Shown in pieces: positions 1 through 9,543 of a stretch of DNA of 64,000 bases. Under the pieces are notes generated by a model. It was not told where the DNA came from, did no database searches, and saw only the letters and a list, made by a program, of their open reading frames with translations. The translations under genes and the position numbers were made by a program. The number at the start of each line of letters is the position of its first letter. The first letter of the stretch is position 1. Where the stretch lies: positions 28,280 to 92,279 of IMG/VR virus record IMGVR_UViG_3300042465_005697, one strand, 5' to 3'. Source of the stretch: a virus (taxonomy: Duplodnaviria > Heunggongvirae > Uroviricota > Caudoviricetes).

Positions 1-49
1 TATATTAACAGAATCACAGTATGGAAGACTTGTTGAAAGTCAAGAAGTT

Positions 50-481
50 GTGGATCGTCTTTTAGATAAGATAACAGAAAAAGGATATGACTCTTTAAAT
101 ATTGATGAAAAAAGATATTTAAAATATTATTCAGAACATACAAAACAAGGTGGTAGACCTGATGAGTTTGTTGATCCTTCAGAACGATATGATGAAAGAG
201 AAGGTGAAGTAATCAATGGGATGCTTGCAGATCAACCAATACAATTTACATTTTCCGAAGAAAATGATAATGGTGATGAGGTTGAATATTTTGGTGAGAT
301 TAAATTTGGTGGAAAAGAATACTTTGGGTCATTTGCAACTGATAAACGAGGATATTTAATTGATTATGATTTTTATAATGTGGATGATGAGGAAGATTAT
401 GGATTAAAAGATGTTGCCGAAGGGTTAGAATATGAATTAGAATCATTTTTTTCTGAAAATGTTGTTCCACAACTGAAATAA
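50..481 (+). CDS. hypothetical acidic protein (possibly 5'-truncated by window edge)
   Basis: 143-aa ORF, D/E-rich, no recognisable motifs. Confidence 0.45.
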   Translation: MDRLLDKITEKGYDSLNIDEKRYLKYYSEHTKQGGRPDEFVDPSERYDEREGEVINGMLADQPIQFTFSEENDNGDEVEYFGEIKFGGKEYFGSFATDKRGYLIDYDFYNVDDEEDYGLKDVAEGLEYELESFFSENVVPQLK

Positions 482-525
482 GAGATATTTATAATAAAAC
501 AATAAAGAAATTAAAAAAAAACATA

Positions 526-909
526 ATGAAAAAAGTAATTAGACTAACAGAAAGTGAATTGACTGAGTTGATACAAAGAATAATCGTTGAGACAAAAATG
601 GATTCAAAAGAGTCTGATTTTGCTGAGATGGAAGAAGGGTTCTTCGGTGCTAGTCGTAAAGAAAAAGAGGAATCTAAAACTAAGATGAAATCTAATATGG
701 AAAATCTTTTATCAGATAAAGATATGACTGAAGATGATATTTTAAATTCAATTGAAGATGTTCTTAATCAAGCAAAACAATATAACTATAAAGGAACAGT
801 TAAATTGGTTAAATCATCTAAAGGTAAACCGATGTTATACTTAACTCCTGAATTAACTAAGATGCAAAAATTGGCAACAGGTACTGGAAGTCAAACTGCT
901 GGTAAATAA
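526..909 (+). CDS. hypothetical protein with conserved N-terminal MKKVIRLTESELTELIQRIIVE motif
   Basis: 127-aa ORF followed by hairpin+T-run terminator; N-terminus belongs to the repeated family seen throughout the window. Confidence 0.55.
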   Translation: MKKVIRLTESELTELIQRIIVETKMDSKESDFAEMEEGFFGASRKEKEESKTKMKSNMENLLSDKDMTEDDILNSIEDVLNQAKQYNYKGTVKLVKSSKGKPMLYLTPELTKMQKLATGTGSQTAGK

Positions 910-930
910 TTTAAAGAATTACAATAATAA

Positions 931-953
931 AAAGGGACTAATGTCCCTTTTTT
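931..953 (+). terminator. intrinsic terminator (gggac-taat-gtccc + T6)
   Basis: GC stem-loop followed by TTTTTT directly after stop of 526..909. Confidence 0.6.
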
Positions 954-956
954 AGT

Positions 957-1292
957 TTAATCCAAATCATCAACCATTTTGTGTATTAACAAAATAGCAT
1001 TATAATTAGTTTCACTAAACTTCAAGTAATTGTAAGATCTAATTGTTTGTTGGATAAAAACAACACCCAATGAGATAAATACGATTGTTGGTATAACCCC
1101 TAAAAATGGGTTAAGTCCGTAGATCACACTAATGAATGTGAAGAACACTAAACTAATTGCCGAGAATTTAAATTTAGATCTCCAAGACTCAACAATCAAT
1201 TCCTGTTCTTGCAATTGTTTTTCTTTTTTTTCTTTTAATTCTATTGAGTTCATAATCGTCGTATATTTAATAAGTATATACAAATATAACAC
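957..1292 (-). CDS. small membrane protein (two predicted TM helices)
   Basis: 111-aa ORF with two long hydrophobic stretches; start uncertain. Confidence 0.4.
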   Translation of the reverse strand: MLYLYILIKYTTIMNSIELKEKKEKQLQEQELIVESWRSKFKFSAISLVFFTFISVIYGLNPFLGVIPTIVFISLGVVFIQQTIRSYNYLKFSETNYNAILLIHKMVDDLD

Positions 1293-1323
1293 ATTTATTT
1301 AAACTACACAATATTTATTTAAT

Positions 1324-1935
1324 ATGAAGATAATAATTACCGAAGAACAAAATCAAATGTTAAATTTGATTGTTGAGATTGAGAATGTTAAACCATCAAG
1401 ATCTGCGGTAAAAAACATATGTGATAGTGAGAAATTTTGTAATGCTCAAGGAGAAATAACTTTTGGTCAATTACGTGCGTTAGTTGAATCAACAACAAGG
1501 AAGAGATTATTCCAACACGTAGGTGAAGGAGGGTTCAAAGCAACCATTAGAATGTTGCCTTGGTTTATACCCCAATTAATTATTGCGGGTGCGATTGGTT
1601 CAGCGGCAAGGGCAATAAATAAAATTATTAGACCAACATTAGAGGAGACTACTAACTATAAGACTTGGTGGGGAAAGTCGGTTATGAAAGCCTTTGATTT
1701 AATTGAGGGTGAATTAGGTATTTCAGATCCACTATCTAAAATATTCTTTATCTCTGATGGTCTTATGACTATGATGGATAATAAATATAAGGTAAAATTT
1801 GCAAGATATATTGCAAACATCGCAAGTGATCAACCAGATGATAAAGTAGTGCCTGAATATTTTGTTGAGAACGAATTAAGAAAGTGGGTTAATGATAAAT
1901 TCCTTTTAGATCCACCGCTTCCACCAAAATCATAA
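1324..1935 (+). CDS. hypothetical protein (N-term MKIIITEEQNQMLNLIVEIE)
   Basis: 203-aa ORF; N-terminus paralogous to 12452..13072. Confidence 0.55.
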   Translation: MKIIITEEQNQMLNLIVEIENVKPSRSAVKNICDSEKFCNAQGEITFGQLRALVESTTRKRLFQHVGEGGFKATIRMLPWFIPQLIIAGAIGSAARAINKIIRPTLEETTNYKTWWGKSVMKAFDLIEGELGISDPLSKIFFISDGLMTMMDNKYKVKFARYIANIASDQPDDKVVPEYFVENELRKWVNDKFLLDPPLPPKS

Positions 1936-1976
1936 CTTTTATTTTTTTTATTAAATGTTTTATCTATCTTTGTTGT

Positions 1977-2564
1977 ATGGACGATATTAAAACATATGGT
2001 AGATTACCAATTCCAAAAGATTCTGCTTGGGAAAGAGATACATTTTGGAGGAAACTACCATCTTGGTTGAAAGAATTTTTAACTGGATGTAACAATATAA
2101 TTAAATGGGTTCCAACAATTTGGAAACAAAGGGATTGGGATGATACATTTATTTTGATGATTTTACAAAAGAAGATAGAGTTCCAAAGAGAGGAATTAGT
2201 TTCTGCCAATAGACATACAAGAATTGATATTGATAACCGTGATATGACTATTGTGTTGAATTTAATTGAAAGGATTAAAGAACAATATTACTCTATTGAA
2301 TATTTGGACTATCGTGAAACCAAATTTAGATTTGAACCTATAGAAGGAGATCCAAAACGTAAACGTTTGGAGATTGATATTATTTGGGAAGAAGATGATA
2401 AGTTTTTATCAAAATACCCTTCTACTGTTCGTAAGGTAATGAAGGATAAACCAGATCTTGATAAATCAAGTCTATGTCACTGGGTATCACATTATAATGA
2501 AGAAAAAGCCAACGATCTTTTATTTAGAATCTTGAAGGAGAGAATGAGATGGTGGTGGGACTAA
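1977..2564 (+). CDS. hypothetical Trp-rich protein
   Basis: 195-aa ORF. Confidence 0.5.
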   Translation: MDDIKTYGRLPIPKDSAWERDTFWRKLPSWLKEFLTGCNNIIKWVPTIWKQRDWDDTFILMILQKKIEFQREELVSANRHTRIDIDNRDMTIVLNLIERIKEQYYSIEYLDYRETKFRFEPIEGDPKRKRLEIDIIWEEDDKFLSKYPSTVRKVMKDKPDLDKSSLCHWVSHYNEEKANDLLFRILKERMRWWWD

Positions 2565-2834
2565 TGGTTTAACGTCTAAGGTGGAAACAACAATTGGATT
2601 TGTGTTTCTACCTAAGATCGGCCAACCTGTACTTACCATAAAATTTATCCCATCGGGGTGAGCCTCCACAGATTCCACAATATTGTCGGTATATATTGTA
2701 ATTGTGATCATATGTGATTTTTTACTTCTAATCCAAACAACACTATTAACAATAATATCACAATTAGGACCATAAAGAATATCTTTTTGTTCTTTCAATA
2801 CCTTATTCAATATAATTTCTAAATGTCTTTTCAT
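2520..2834 (-). CDS. hypothetical protein
   Basis: 104-aa ORF convergent with previous gene. Confidence 0.35.
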   Translation of the reverse strand: MKRHLEIILNKVLKEQKDILYGPNCDIIVNSVVWIRSKKSHMITITIYTDNIVESVEAHPDGINFMVSTGWPILGRNTNPIVVSTLDVKPLVPPPSHSLLQDSK

Positions 2835-2941
2835 CTAATGAAAATATAACCCCATAATCTATTAAGACAAGGGTGTCTTTTGCTAATTTAACTCGTCAAT
2901 AAAGACAATATAAAATATATAACACTATTTATCGCATAACT

Positions 2942-5161
2942 ATGAAGAATTTAATTTTAACCTTACTGATGGTACTAATATCATCAACATCATTTACACA
3001 ATATTGCCCATATCTTGGGGTAGATCAAATATTACCTTGTGGGGTAGGTTCCACCACACTAACGGCAGATTTAAGTCAATGTGGTCCTGGAGGACCTAAC
3101 CCAAATCAAACCACAAACTATGGAATAACAAATATACCTTATGTTGCACAAACTAATACTGGAACGAGCATATCTATGACTGACGATTCGCAGCAAGGTC
3201 CGTTTAACATAGGGTTTAATTTTTGTTTTTTTGGAACAACATACACACAATTTTATATTGGGTCTAATGGTTGGGTTTCTTTTACAGGTGGACAACCCAC
3301 AACATTTACCTCACAAACAATACCAACTGGAAATGCATTAGTTCCTAAGAATTGTATTATGGGTCCGTGGCAAGATTGGCATCCAGGATTAGGAGGTCAA
3401 ATTAAATATCAAATGTCAGGGATTGCACCTTGTAGAAAATTAACCGTTAGTTGGATTGGGGTTCCAATGTTCTCTTGTACAAGTAATCAAGGAACATTTC
3501 ACATTGTCATATACGAATCAACAAATATTATAGAAAATCACATACAAAATAAACCATCTTGTGTGAATTGGCAAGGGGGAACTGCGGTTGAGGGAATTCA
3601 TAATGCCGCAGGGACAATAGGAATTACTGTTCCGGGGAGAAACTCAACTGCTTGGGTGACGAATAACGACTCTTGGAGATGGACACCATCAGGACCTGTG
3701 GTAACACCAACATTAACTTGGTATCAAGTGGGTAATCCAACACCAATTGGAACTGGACCAACGATTACTGTAACACCACCAGCGGCAGGTGCTAACTATA
3801 CGTGTCATTTTGTTTACCCAATTTGTAATGCCGGGTGGTCTACTTGTAATGTTGTTGGTGGGTTAGGTCCCGACACAGTTTTTGTTTCTCCTGGTCCTCC
3901 TAACATCCAAACCACAATATCATCATTCACAGAACCTCTTTGTTATTTAGATTGTGATGGTACTGCAACTGTAACCCCAATTAATGGTGGACCAATCTAT
4001 AATTATTTATGGTCTAACGGGCAAACATCACAAACATCCGTAAATTTATGTGCCGGCACTTATAATGTTGTTGTAACTGACAATAATGGGTGTACTGGTA
4101 ATTCTTCTATTACAATAAACCAACCAACTCAACTTTTATTTGATACTTTAATTGGAATTGACGTTACTTGTAATGAAAATGATGGATCTGTAATTATTGA
4201 AGGTGTTGGAGGAACACAACCTTACAATTATTTAATTGATAATGTAATATCAAACGACACTATCAATGGATTAAGTGGTGGAAACTATTTAATTTCCATT
4301 CAAGACATTAATGGGTGTCAGGTAGATTCAAATATCAACTTAACTTTCCCAATACCGGTAACACCATCATTAATTCCGTTGGATACTGTTAATTGCGTCC
4401 CTGGTGACTTCATATTTACCAACTTATCAACACCAATTGGTAATGTTGTTAGTTCATACATACAATTTGGTGATAATACGGATACAACTATACTATTAAA
4501 CAATGGTTTTACCCACATATATGACTCAGTTGGGATGTGGGACATCACTATGTCGGTAACATCTGACTATGGGTGTGTGTATGCCCAAACTTTTACCAAT
4601 ATTGTTGAAACAAAACCATTACCTACCGCACAATTTAATATATCACCTAACCCAACAACGTTTTTTGAGGTTACGGTGATGGTACAGGATCAATCATATA
4701 GTAATATTGTTGATTGGTGGTGGTATGCACCTGATGCAACACCAACATTAAGTATAACTAACAACCCAACATTCACATTCCCAGAAGGAATCGTTGGTCA
4801 ATACCCAATATACCTTGTGGTTACGGATAATCTTGGGTGTACAGACACAACATCAAGAATTTTAACCGTTTTAAGTGATGTGTTATCGTTCATACCTAAC
4901 ACATTTACACCTGATGGTGATGAATATAACCAAGATTGGGGTTTTAACTTTGATGGTATTGATGAAACAGGGTTTAGTTTGTATGTTTTTAACCGTTGGG
5001 GAGAGATTGTTTGGGAAACTCACGACTCACACGAGAAATGGGACGGAACATATGGTGGAAAGATCGTTTCAGAAGGTATGTACGTGTGGAAATCAGAGTT
5101 TGGTGTTATTAATACCGATGAAAGACGAACAATAAACGGAATTGTAAACGTTATAAGATGA
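2942..5161 (+). CDS. secreted Cys/Thr-rich repeat protein with PKD-like domain and T9SS type-B C-terminal sorting domain (gliding-motility-associated CTD)
   Basis: Signal peptide MKNLILTLLMVLISSTSF; repeated C..G.T / CxxxDGxxT modules; PKD-like segment; C-terminus FIPNxFTPDGDxxNQDWGF...YVFNRWGEIVWE..W.G matches the CHU_C/T9SS type-B CTD family; terminator downstream. Confidence 0.7.
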   Translation: MKNLILTLLMVLISSTSFTQYCPYLGVDQILPCGVGSTTLTADLSQCGPGGPNPNQTTNYGITNIPYVAQTNTGTSISMTDDSQQGPFNIGFNFCFFGTTYTQFYIGSNGWVSFTGGQPTTFTSQTIPTGNALVPKNCIMGPWQDWHPGLGGQIKYQMSGIAPCRKLTVSWIGVPMFSCTSNQGTFHIVIYESTNIIENHIQNKPSCVNWQGGTAVEGIHNAAGTIGITVPGRNSTAWVTNNDSWRWTPSGPVVTPTLTWYQVGNPTPIGTGPTITVTPPAAGANYTCHFVYPICNAGWSTCNVVGGLGPDTVFVSPGPPNIQTTISSFTEPLCYLDCDGTATVTPINGGPIYNYLWSNGQTSQTSVNLCAGTYNVVVTDNNGCTGNSSITINQPTQLLFDTLIGIDVTCNENDGSVIIEGVGGTQPYNYLIDNVISNDTINGLSGGNYLISIQDINGCQVDSNINLTFPIPVTPSLIPLDTVNCVPGDFIFTNLSTPIGNVVSSYIQFGDNTDTTILLNNGFTHIYDSVGMWDITMSVTSDYGCVYAQTFTNIVETKPLPTAQFNISPNPTTFFEVTVMVQDQSYSNIVDWWWYAPDATPTLSITNNPTFTFPEGIVGQYPIYLVVTDNLGCTDTTSRILTVLSDVLSFIPNTFTPDGDEYNQDWGFNFDGIDETGFSLYVFNRWGEIVWETHDSHEKWDGTYGGKIVSEGMYVWKSEFGVINTDERRTINGIVNVIR

Positions 5162-5187
5162 ATGTAGATATATTTATAGGAATATTA

Positions 5188-5216
5188 ACACCCCTTATCA
5201 TTTTGGGGGTGTTTTT
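5188..5216 (+). terminator. intrinsic terminator (acacccc...ggggtgt + T5)
   Basis: Stem-loop plus T-run just after stop of 2942..5161. Confidence 0.6.
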
Positions 5217-5303
5217 CATTGTTTCACATAGAAAAAAGAGAGATAATAAGTCATTTTAAAGTATTTATTTGTATAAACAACAATAAAATACAAATAAATC
5301 ACT

Positions 5304-6116
5304 ATGTTATTAAAATTAGGATCAAAAGGTGAGGAAGTTAAACAACTTCAAACCAAATTAGGGTTAACATCGGACGGATCGTTTGGTCCTGGCACTGAAA
5401 AAGCGGTTAAAGAATGGCAAACTAACAACGGATTAACCTCAGATGGTGTAATCGGAGATAAAAGTTGGTCTAAAATGTTCCCAACAACCGAATTAGTTAC
5501 AGAAAGTGTTGGTGGAACACTAAATATTGATAAATTAAAGGGTCATATACCTGATTCTGTCCTTTTACAGATCCCTGACACCGCAAAAAAGTTTAATATC
5601 ACAAATAATCTACGTTTGGCTCACTTTTTAGCCCAATGCAGTCACGAATCAGGTGGTTTTAAGGCGATTTCAGAGAATTTAAACTATTCTGCTGACGGTT
5701 TGAAGAAAATATTCGGTAAATACTTCCCAGGGAACTTAAATGAGTCATATGCAAGACAACCTGAGAAGATTGCGGCTCGTGTTTATGGTGGAAGAATGGG
5801 AAATGGTGACGAATCTACTAAAGAAGGGTATAAATTCCGAGGAAGAGGGTTCATTCAACTAACAGGGAAGTCAAATTATGTCAATTTTACCAAATTTATA
5901 GGTGAAGATTGTGTTTCTAACCCCGATTTGGTAGCAAATAAGTACCCATTAGCGTCTGCGGCGTTCTTTTTTGACTCAAATAAGTTGTGGAGTACCTGTG
6001 ATCAGGGATCTAGTGATGAAATCGTCACAAAAGTAACAAAAAGAGTGAATGGAGGAACAATTGGACTACCAGATCGTATAAAACACTTCAAAGAGTACTA
6101 TAATCTACTAAAATAA
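5304..6116 (+). CDS. endolysin: N-terminal peptidoglycan-binding domain fused to a GH19-family (chitinase-like) lysozyme domain
   Basis: Tandem LGxxxDGxFGxxTxxAVKxWQ PG_binding_1-like repeats; AHFLAQCSHESGGF and FRGRGFIQLTG motifs typical of GH19 phage endolysins. Confidence 0.75.
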   Translation: MLLKLGSKGEEVKQLQTKLGLTSDGSFGPGTEKAVKEWQTNNGLTSDGVIGDKSWSKMFPTTELVTESVGGTLNIDKLKGHIPDSVLLQIPDTAKKFNITNNLRLAHFLAQCSHESGGFKAISENLNYSADGLKKIFGKYFPGNLNESYARQPEKIAARVYGGRMGNGDESTKEGYKFRGRGFIQLTGKSNYVNFTKFIGEDCVSNPDLVANKYPLASAAFFFDSNKLWSTCDQGSSDEIVTKVTKRVNGGTIGLPDRIKHFKEYYNLLK

Positions 6117-6163
6117 GTTGATAATACCCATAATTACCGTTATTATTAGTAAAAACAGTAATT

Positions 6164-6376
6164 ATGGTACTTGCAATTGCATTATTCGTCTTTTCGGCGA
6201 TATTATTAGTAGGTTTTATCGGTTTTTACCTTTGGTGGAAGAAATTTGGTAAAGAAATGTTCAATATGGTTAAAAATATGGGAAATCAGAGTAAATTACC
6301 CATAAAACCCTTAAATATTGGAGATATAACCAAACAAATGGATGAATTTAAGAAAATGTTCAACAAAAACAGGTAA
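6164..6376 (+). CDS. small single-TM protein (holin/lysis-associated candidate)
   Basis: 70-aa ORF, N-terminal TM helix, basic C-term, immediately downstream of endolysin and followed by terminator. Confidence 0.4.
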   Translation: MVLAIALFVFSAILLVGFIGFYLWWKKFGKEMFNMVKNMGNQSKLPIKPLNIGDITKQMDEFKKMFNKNR

Positions 6377-6402
6377 AATCACCTAAAAACTAACAATTTT
6401 AA

Positions 6403-6442
6403 GGTAAAAGTGATAAAAAAACGTCATTTTTACCTTTTTTTT
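6403..6442 (+). terminator. intrinsic terminator (ggtaaaa...ttttacc + T8)
   Basis: 7-bp stem followed by TTTTTTTT. Confidence 0.5.
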
Positions 6443-6533
6443 GTTATAAAAAGACATTTAATGGTAATTTATGACGTTTTTTTAGGTAAAAATACCATAT
6501 AATTACCTTAATTTAGGGGTAAAATGACCCAAA

Positions 6534-6734
6534 TTAGACCTTTTTTATGGGTTTTTTGTACTTAGTTTCCACCTCATATGGTCCTGTAACTGTCTTTAAA
6601 TTGTCATATCTCCATACCTGAGTACAATCATCATACTCAAATACACGTTCAAACTTAACTTGATCCTTTATTTTAACATTATTCTTTCTCATAACACAAA
6701 GATACGAATAATAATTGATATAAAAAAACCCCAC
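6534..6734 (-). CDS. hypothetical small protein
   Basis: 66-aa ORF. Confidence 0.3.
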   Translation of the reverse strand: MGFFYINYYSYLCVMRKNNVKIKDQVKFERVFEYDDCTQVWRYDNLKTVTGPYEVETKYKKPIKKV

Positions 6735-6748
6735 TTTCGGTGGGGTTT
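6724..6748 (-). terminator. intrinsic terminator (ccccaccgaaagtgggg + T-run on minus strand)
   Basis: 9-bp GC stem with T-run on minus strand downstream of 6776..7525. Confidence 0.55.
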
Positions 6749-6775
6749 AATGTTGAAACCTTGTTTTTATGTTAT

Positions 6776-7525
6776 TTAGAACTTTTCACCACAAGTTGGA
6801 CAGAACTTATGATTTGTTTTCTTTCGTTTAGACCCACAATTGGTACAATAGGATACTAAATCCTTAACTTCGTATTTTTTTTGTGATTCTGGTAGTATTT
6901 TCCAGTATGATTTTGAAACTGTTAGGTGTTCAAACTCTTTATTTACGGTTTTAAATGATTGGTCACTATTAGATCCTTTCTCAACACGACCTGTTTCCAC
7001 ACTTTTTAACTTTTTACGTCTTAGATTATTAAAACCATTTTCTTTGTTTGAACTTAAATTTGTTATTGTCGTTGTTTTATAGTTAACATCGGTTGAACCG
7101 ATAGTTGTGTTAAAGTAAGTTCCATAAGTACTATGAAGACTACCTAAAGGGTTATAATTTAAATTTAATACCGGTATTGATTCCTTTTCATTATAAAACT
7201 CAATTTCCACATCACCATTCTCAACAATTGCGTTTTGAGTCTCAACCGATCCATCTACGTGGTAAGTTTCAAACTTAAACTTACGAGGATCATCCAAGTA
7301 TCTTTCTAAGAATACTCTTTCACCAGGACGAAGGACAATTCCCCCACCTGTGATATATGTTCCATTTATTTTTACTTTTGATAGGACGGTTTTCCTTGAT
7401 GGGTTATAGAGTTCTAGTTCAAACTCAGATCCGTCTTTTAGATAGACATTATGATCAAATTGTTTGATTCTTTGTCTGTTTTTAGTTACATATGCACACG
7501 GCATATCATTAATTGATTGATACAT
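6776..7525 (-). CDS. hypothetical protein with C-terminal zinc-ribbon (CxxC...CxxC)
   Basis: 249-aa ORF ending ...CTNCGSKRKKTNHKFCPTCGEKF. Confidence 0.5.
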   Translation of the reverse strand: MYQSINDMPCAYVTKNRQRIKQFDHNVYLKDGSEFELELYNPSRKTVLSKVKINGTYITGGGIVLRPGERVFLERYLDDPRKFKFETYHVDGSVETQNAIVENGDVEIEFYNEKESIPVLNLNYNPLGSLHSTYGTYFNTTIGSTDVNYKTTTITNLSSNKENGFNNLRRKKLKSVETGRVEKGSNSDQSFKTVNKEFEHLTVSKSYWKILPESQKKYEVKDLVSYCTNCGSKRKKTNHKFCPTCGEKF

Positions 7526-7669
7526 TTTTCATTATTTTAATTTTTATGTTTATTGATCTCCGATTCATTGGTTTTACTCCAACTCAAATGTCTTACAGAC
7601 ACTCGGACCTCATTAACAAGGTTTCAAGTATAATTATACGATTAGTTTATTATTTTGTAAACATATTGT

Positions 7670-8080
7670 TTATTTTTTTCTTCCCCACTTATAATGTACC
7701 ACTTCACCATTTATGTATTCCTTCCATCTTTTTTTCCAAGGACCTGATAATAGTATTGTACAACAACCATTACTTTTTGCAATTCTATGATATGAATCTC
7801 TTGGGAAATACTTAAAGAATTGAGTCCTCCTTTCAATATGGAACTCACCTGTCTTTTCATCATCCAAAATGTGTTCATCATATTCACCAAACAATTTAAA
7901 CGACAATGCGTTAAATGCGTGGGTATGAAACCTATCTTGAGAATGATCTGATTTATGAAAATAAAAAAATATGATTGATCCCAACCATTTACACTCAAAT
8001 ACCACGAATTGAGTTACTTTCTGCTCACCAAACTCAAATCTATTGAGTCTTAAAAATGAAATATTATCCGTCTTTATCAC
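7670..8080 (-). CDS. hypothetical protein
   Basis: 136-aa ORF; preferred over overlapping low-complexity + strand ORF 7513..7815. Confidence 0.4.
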   Translation of the reverse strand: MIKTDNISFLRLNRFEFGEQKVTQFVVFECKWLGSIIFFYFHKSDHSQDRFHTHAFNALSFKLFGEYDEHILDDEKTGEFHIERRTQFFKYFPRDSYHRIAKSNGCCTILLSGPWKKRWKEYINGEVVHYKWGRKK

Positions 8081-8120
8081 GGAATATAATGGTAGGTAAT
8101 TTATATTAATTAGTCAAACA

Positions 8121-8147
8121 AAAAAAACCCACCTTTGTGGGGTGGGT
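8121..8147 (-). terminator. intrinsic terminator (cccacc/ggtggg stem + T-run on minus)
   Basis: Downstream of minus-strand gene 8165..8425. Confidence 0.55.
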
Positions 8148-8164
8148 TATATAAAAGATTATTA

Positions 8165-8425
8165 TTATCGTTTAAAGTTCCTTAATACTTCATCCTTGGT
8201 GAGTGATCCAATGTTATTTTTTCTTCTATGATGTATTGCCTTTGAATTTCTTAATATGTTTTCCAAAACATCAACAACATCAGATGGGTTAATGCCCGAA
8301 TATTTTTCATTAATTAAATCGTTAATATCGGAATATAAATTACCTTTTTGATCGTCTTGTTCTTTAATGACTTTTTTAATTATTCTGCTTAAATCAGTTT
8401 CATTTAATTTTATTGCTCTTCTCAT
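8165..8425 (-). CDS. small protein with N-terminal MRRAIKLNETDLSRIIKKVIKE motif
   Basis: 86-aa ORF; member of N-terminal motif family. Confidence 0.5.
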   Translation of the reverse strand: MRRAIKLNETDLSRIIKKVIKEQDDQKGNLYSDINDLINEKYSGINPSDVVDVLENILRNSKAIHHRRKNNIGSLTKDEVLRNFKR

Positions 8426-8454
8426 AAGTTATTTTATTTATAAATAGTATGAAA

Positions 8455-8482
8455 AACAAAAAACCCCACCTTGTGAGTGGGG
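8455..8482 (-). terminator. intrinsic terminator (ccccac/gtgggg + T-run on minus)
   Basis: Downstream of 8508..8801. Confidence 0.55.
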
Positions 8483-8507
8483 AATAGTTAATAAAAATGA
8501 TAATGGG

Positions 8508-8801
8508 TTAATCTTCTTTTTTTTCTTTTTGAATTTGGTTAATAATGTATCCTGAGATTGCAAACTCAATACCTGCCCACATAACCATATCTGTTGTGGT
8601 CATTGTACTGACTTTATTTAGTAAAAAATAAATCATGCCCCACTGTGCAATAATAAATGCAATACCTGATTCAACTCTCTTCTTGGAAAAAAATGATTTA
8701 TTAACACTATAAACGTTAATAATTTCTTTAATACCCCATTTAATGTTTGTCCAACCAAAAAAATACTTCTTTTCGGTGACATTTTCTTTCTTTGTTGCCA
8801 T
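8508..8801 (-). CDS. small membrane protein
   Basis: 97-aa ORF with hydrophobic segments. Confidence 0.45.
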   Translation of the reverse strand: MATKKENVTEKKYFFGWTNIKWGIKEIINVYSVNKSFFSKKRVESGIAFIIAQWGMIYFLLNKVSTMTTTDMVMWAGIEFAISGYIINQIQKEKKED

Positions 8802-8878
8802 ATCCCTTTTTATTATAAATATTTAAAAAAGTTGTGAAAAACTATTTACTTTAATTTATGGGTTATTTTTTATCGCAT

Positions 8879-8906
8879 AAAAAAAGGGACAGTAGCGAAT
8901 TGTCCC
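8879..8906 (-). terminator. intrinsic terminator (gggaca/tgtccc, T-runs both sides)
   Basis: Downstream of 8949..9473 on minus strand. Confidence 0.5.
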
Positions 8907-8948
8907 TTTTAAATGTTACCATAACGATAACGGTCCTAATTAAAAATC

Positions 8949-9473
8949 TTAAACCCCTTTTATAAGGTTAATACATTGTTTTAAATATTCTTTAGATCTT
9001 GGAGATGGTGTATATTCGTCATCAGTTACTTGTAAGTTAAGTATTTTCTCAATGTCTTTAACTAATTCAGTTCCGTGTTCGTTCTCTTTATATAGTTCAA
9101 TAATTTTATTCATTGACTTATGACATTCACCACTAGTCTCATCGTAATAATGTTTATTACGGAACTTATTTAAATGGTTCATCATTTCATATGCCAAATG
9201 TTCTCCACCATCCTTAACATCTTTGAATAATCTGATGTTATTTAGGATACCTAAAGTATCTACCATACCATTAACGCCTTTGTTTCTTTTTGAGACACCA
9301 GGTGAGTATTTTGTATATCCTTCTGAATCACCAACAATCTCATCCAACGGAATAACGTTCTCGGGCATACATCTTGGTTTAACTTCTCCTTTATTAACTT
9401 TAGATTTTTCATCTTCGGTTAGGATTCTACGTAATGTAGTCTTAATCGCTCTTTCTGTTATAAATTTTTTCAT
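8949..9473 (-). CDS. hypothetical protein (N-term MKKFITERAIKTTLRRILTE)
   Basis: 174-aa ORF. Confidence 0.55.
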   Translation of the reverse strand: MKKFITERAIKTTLRRILTEDEKSKVNKGEVKPRCMPENVIPLDEIVGDSEGYTKYSPGVSKRNKGVNGMVDTLGILNNIRLFKDVKDGGEHLAYEMMNHLNKFRNKHYYDETSGECHKSMNKIIELYKENEHGTELVKDIEKILNLQVTDDEYTPSPRSKEYLKQCINLIKGV

Positions 9474-9543
9474 AATAAAAAACTTTTTAATATAAATACC
9501 GAATAAACAATAAGTTTTATAGTATTTATTAATATAAATATAT

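Noticed and set aside
3071-5135. Antisense or out-of-frame ORFs nested in long CDSs (3071..3295-, 4318..4548-, 4875..5135+, 13914..14105-, 16827..17021-, 17351..17593-, 20892..21179-, 22397..22717-, 47346..47687+, 48120..48416+, 51973..52377-, 54968..55309-, 59236..59616-, 62209..62499- etc.)
   Set aside because: They are shadow ORFs created by low-complexity, repeat-rich or conserved sense genes, with no independent signals.
7513-7815. Plus-strand ORF 7513..7815
   Set aside because: It is extreme low-complexity (F/I-rich) and overlaps the better minus-strand ORF 7670..8080, likely an AT-rich artefact.
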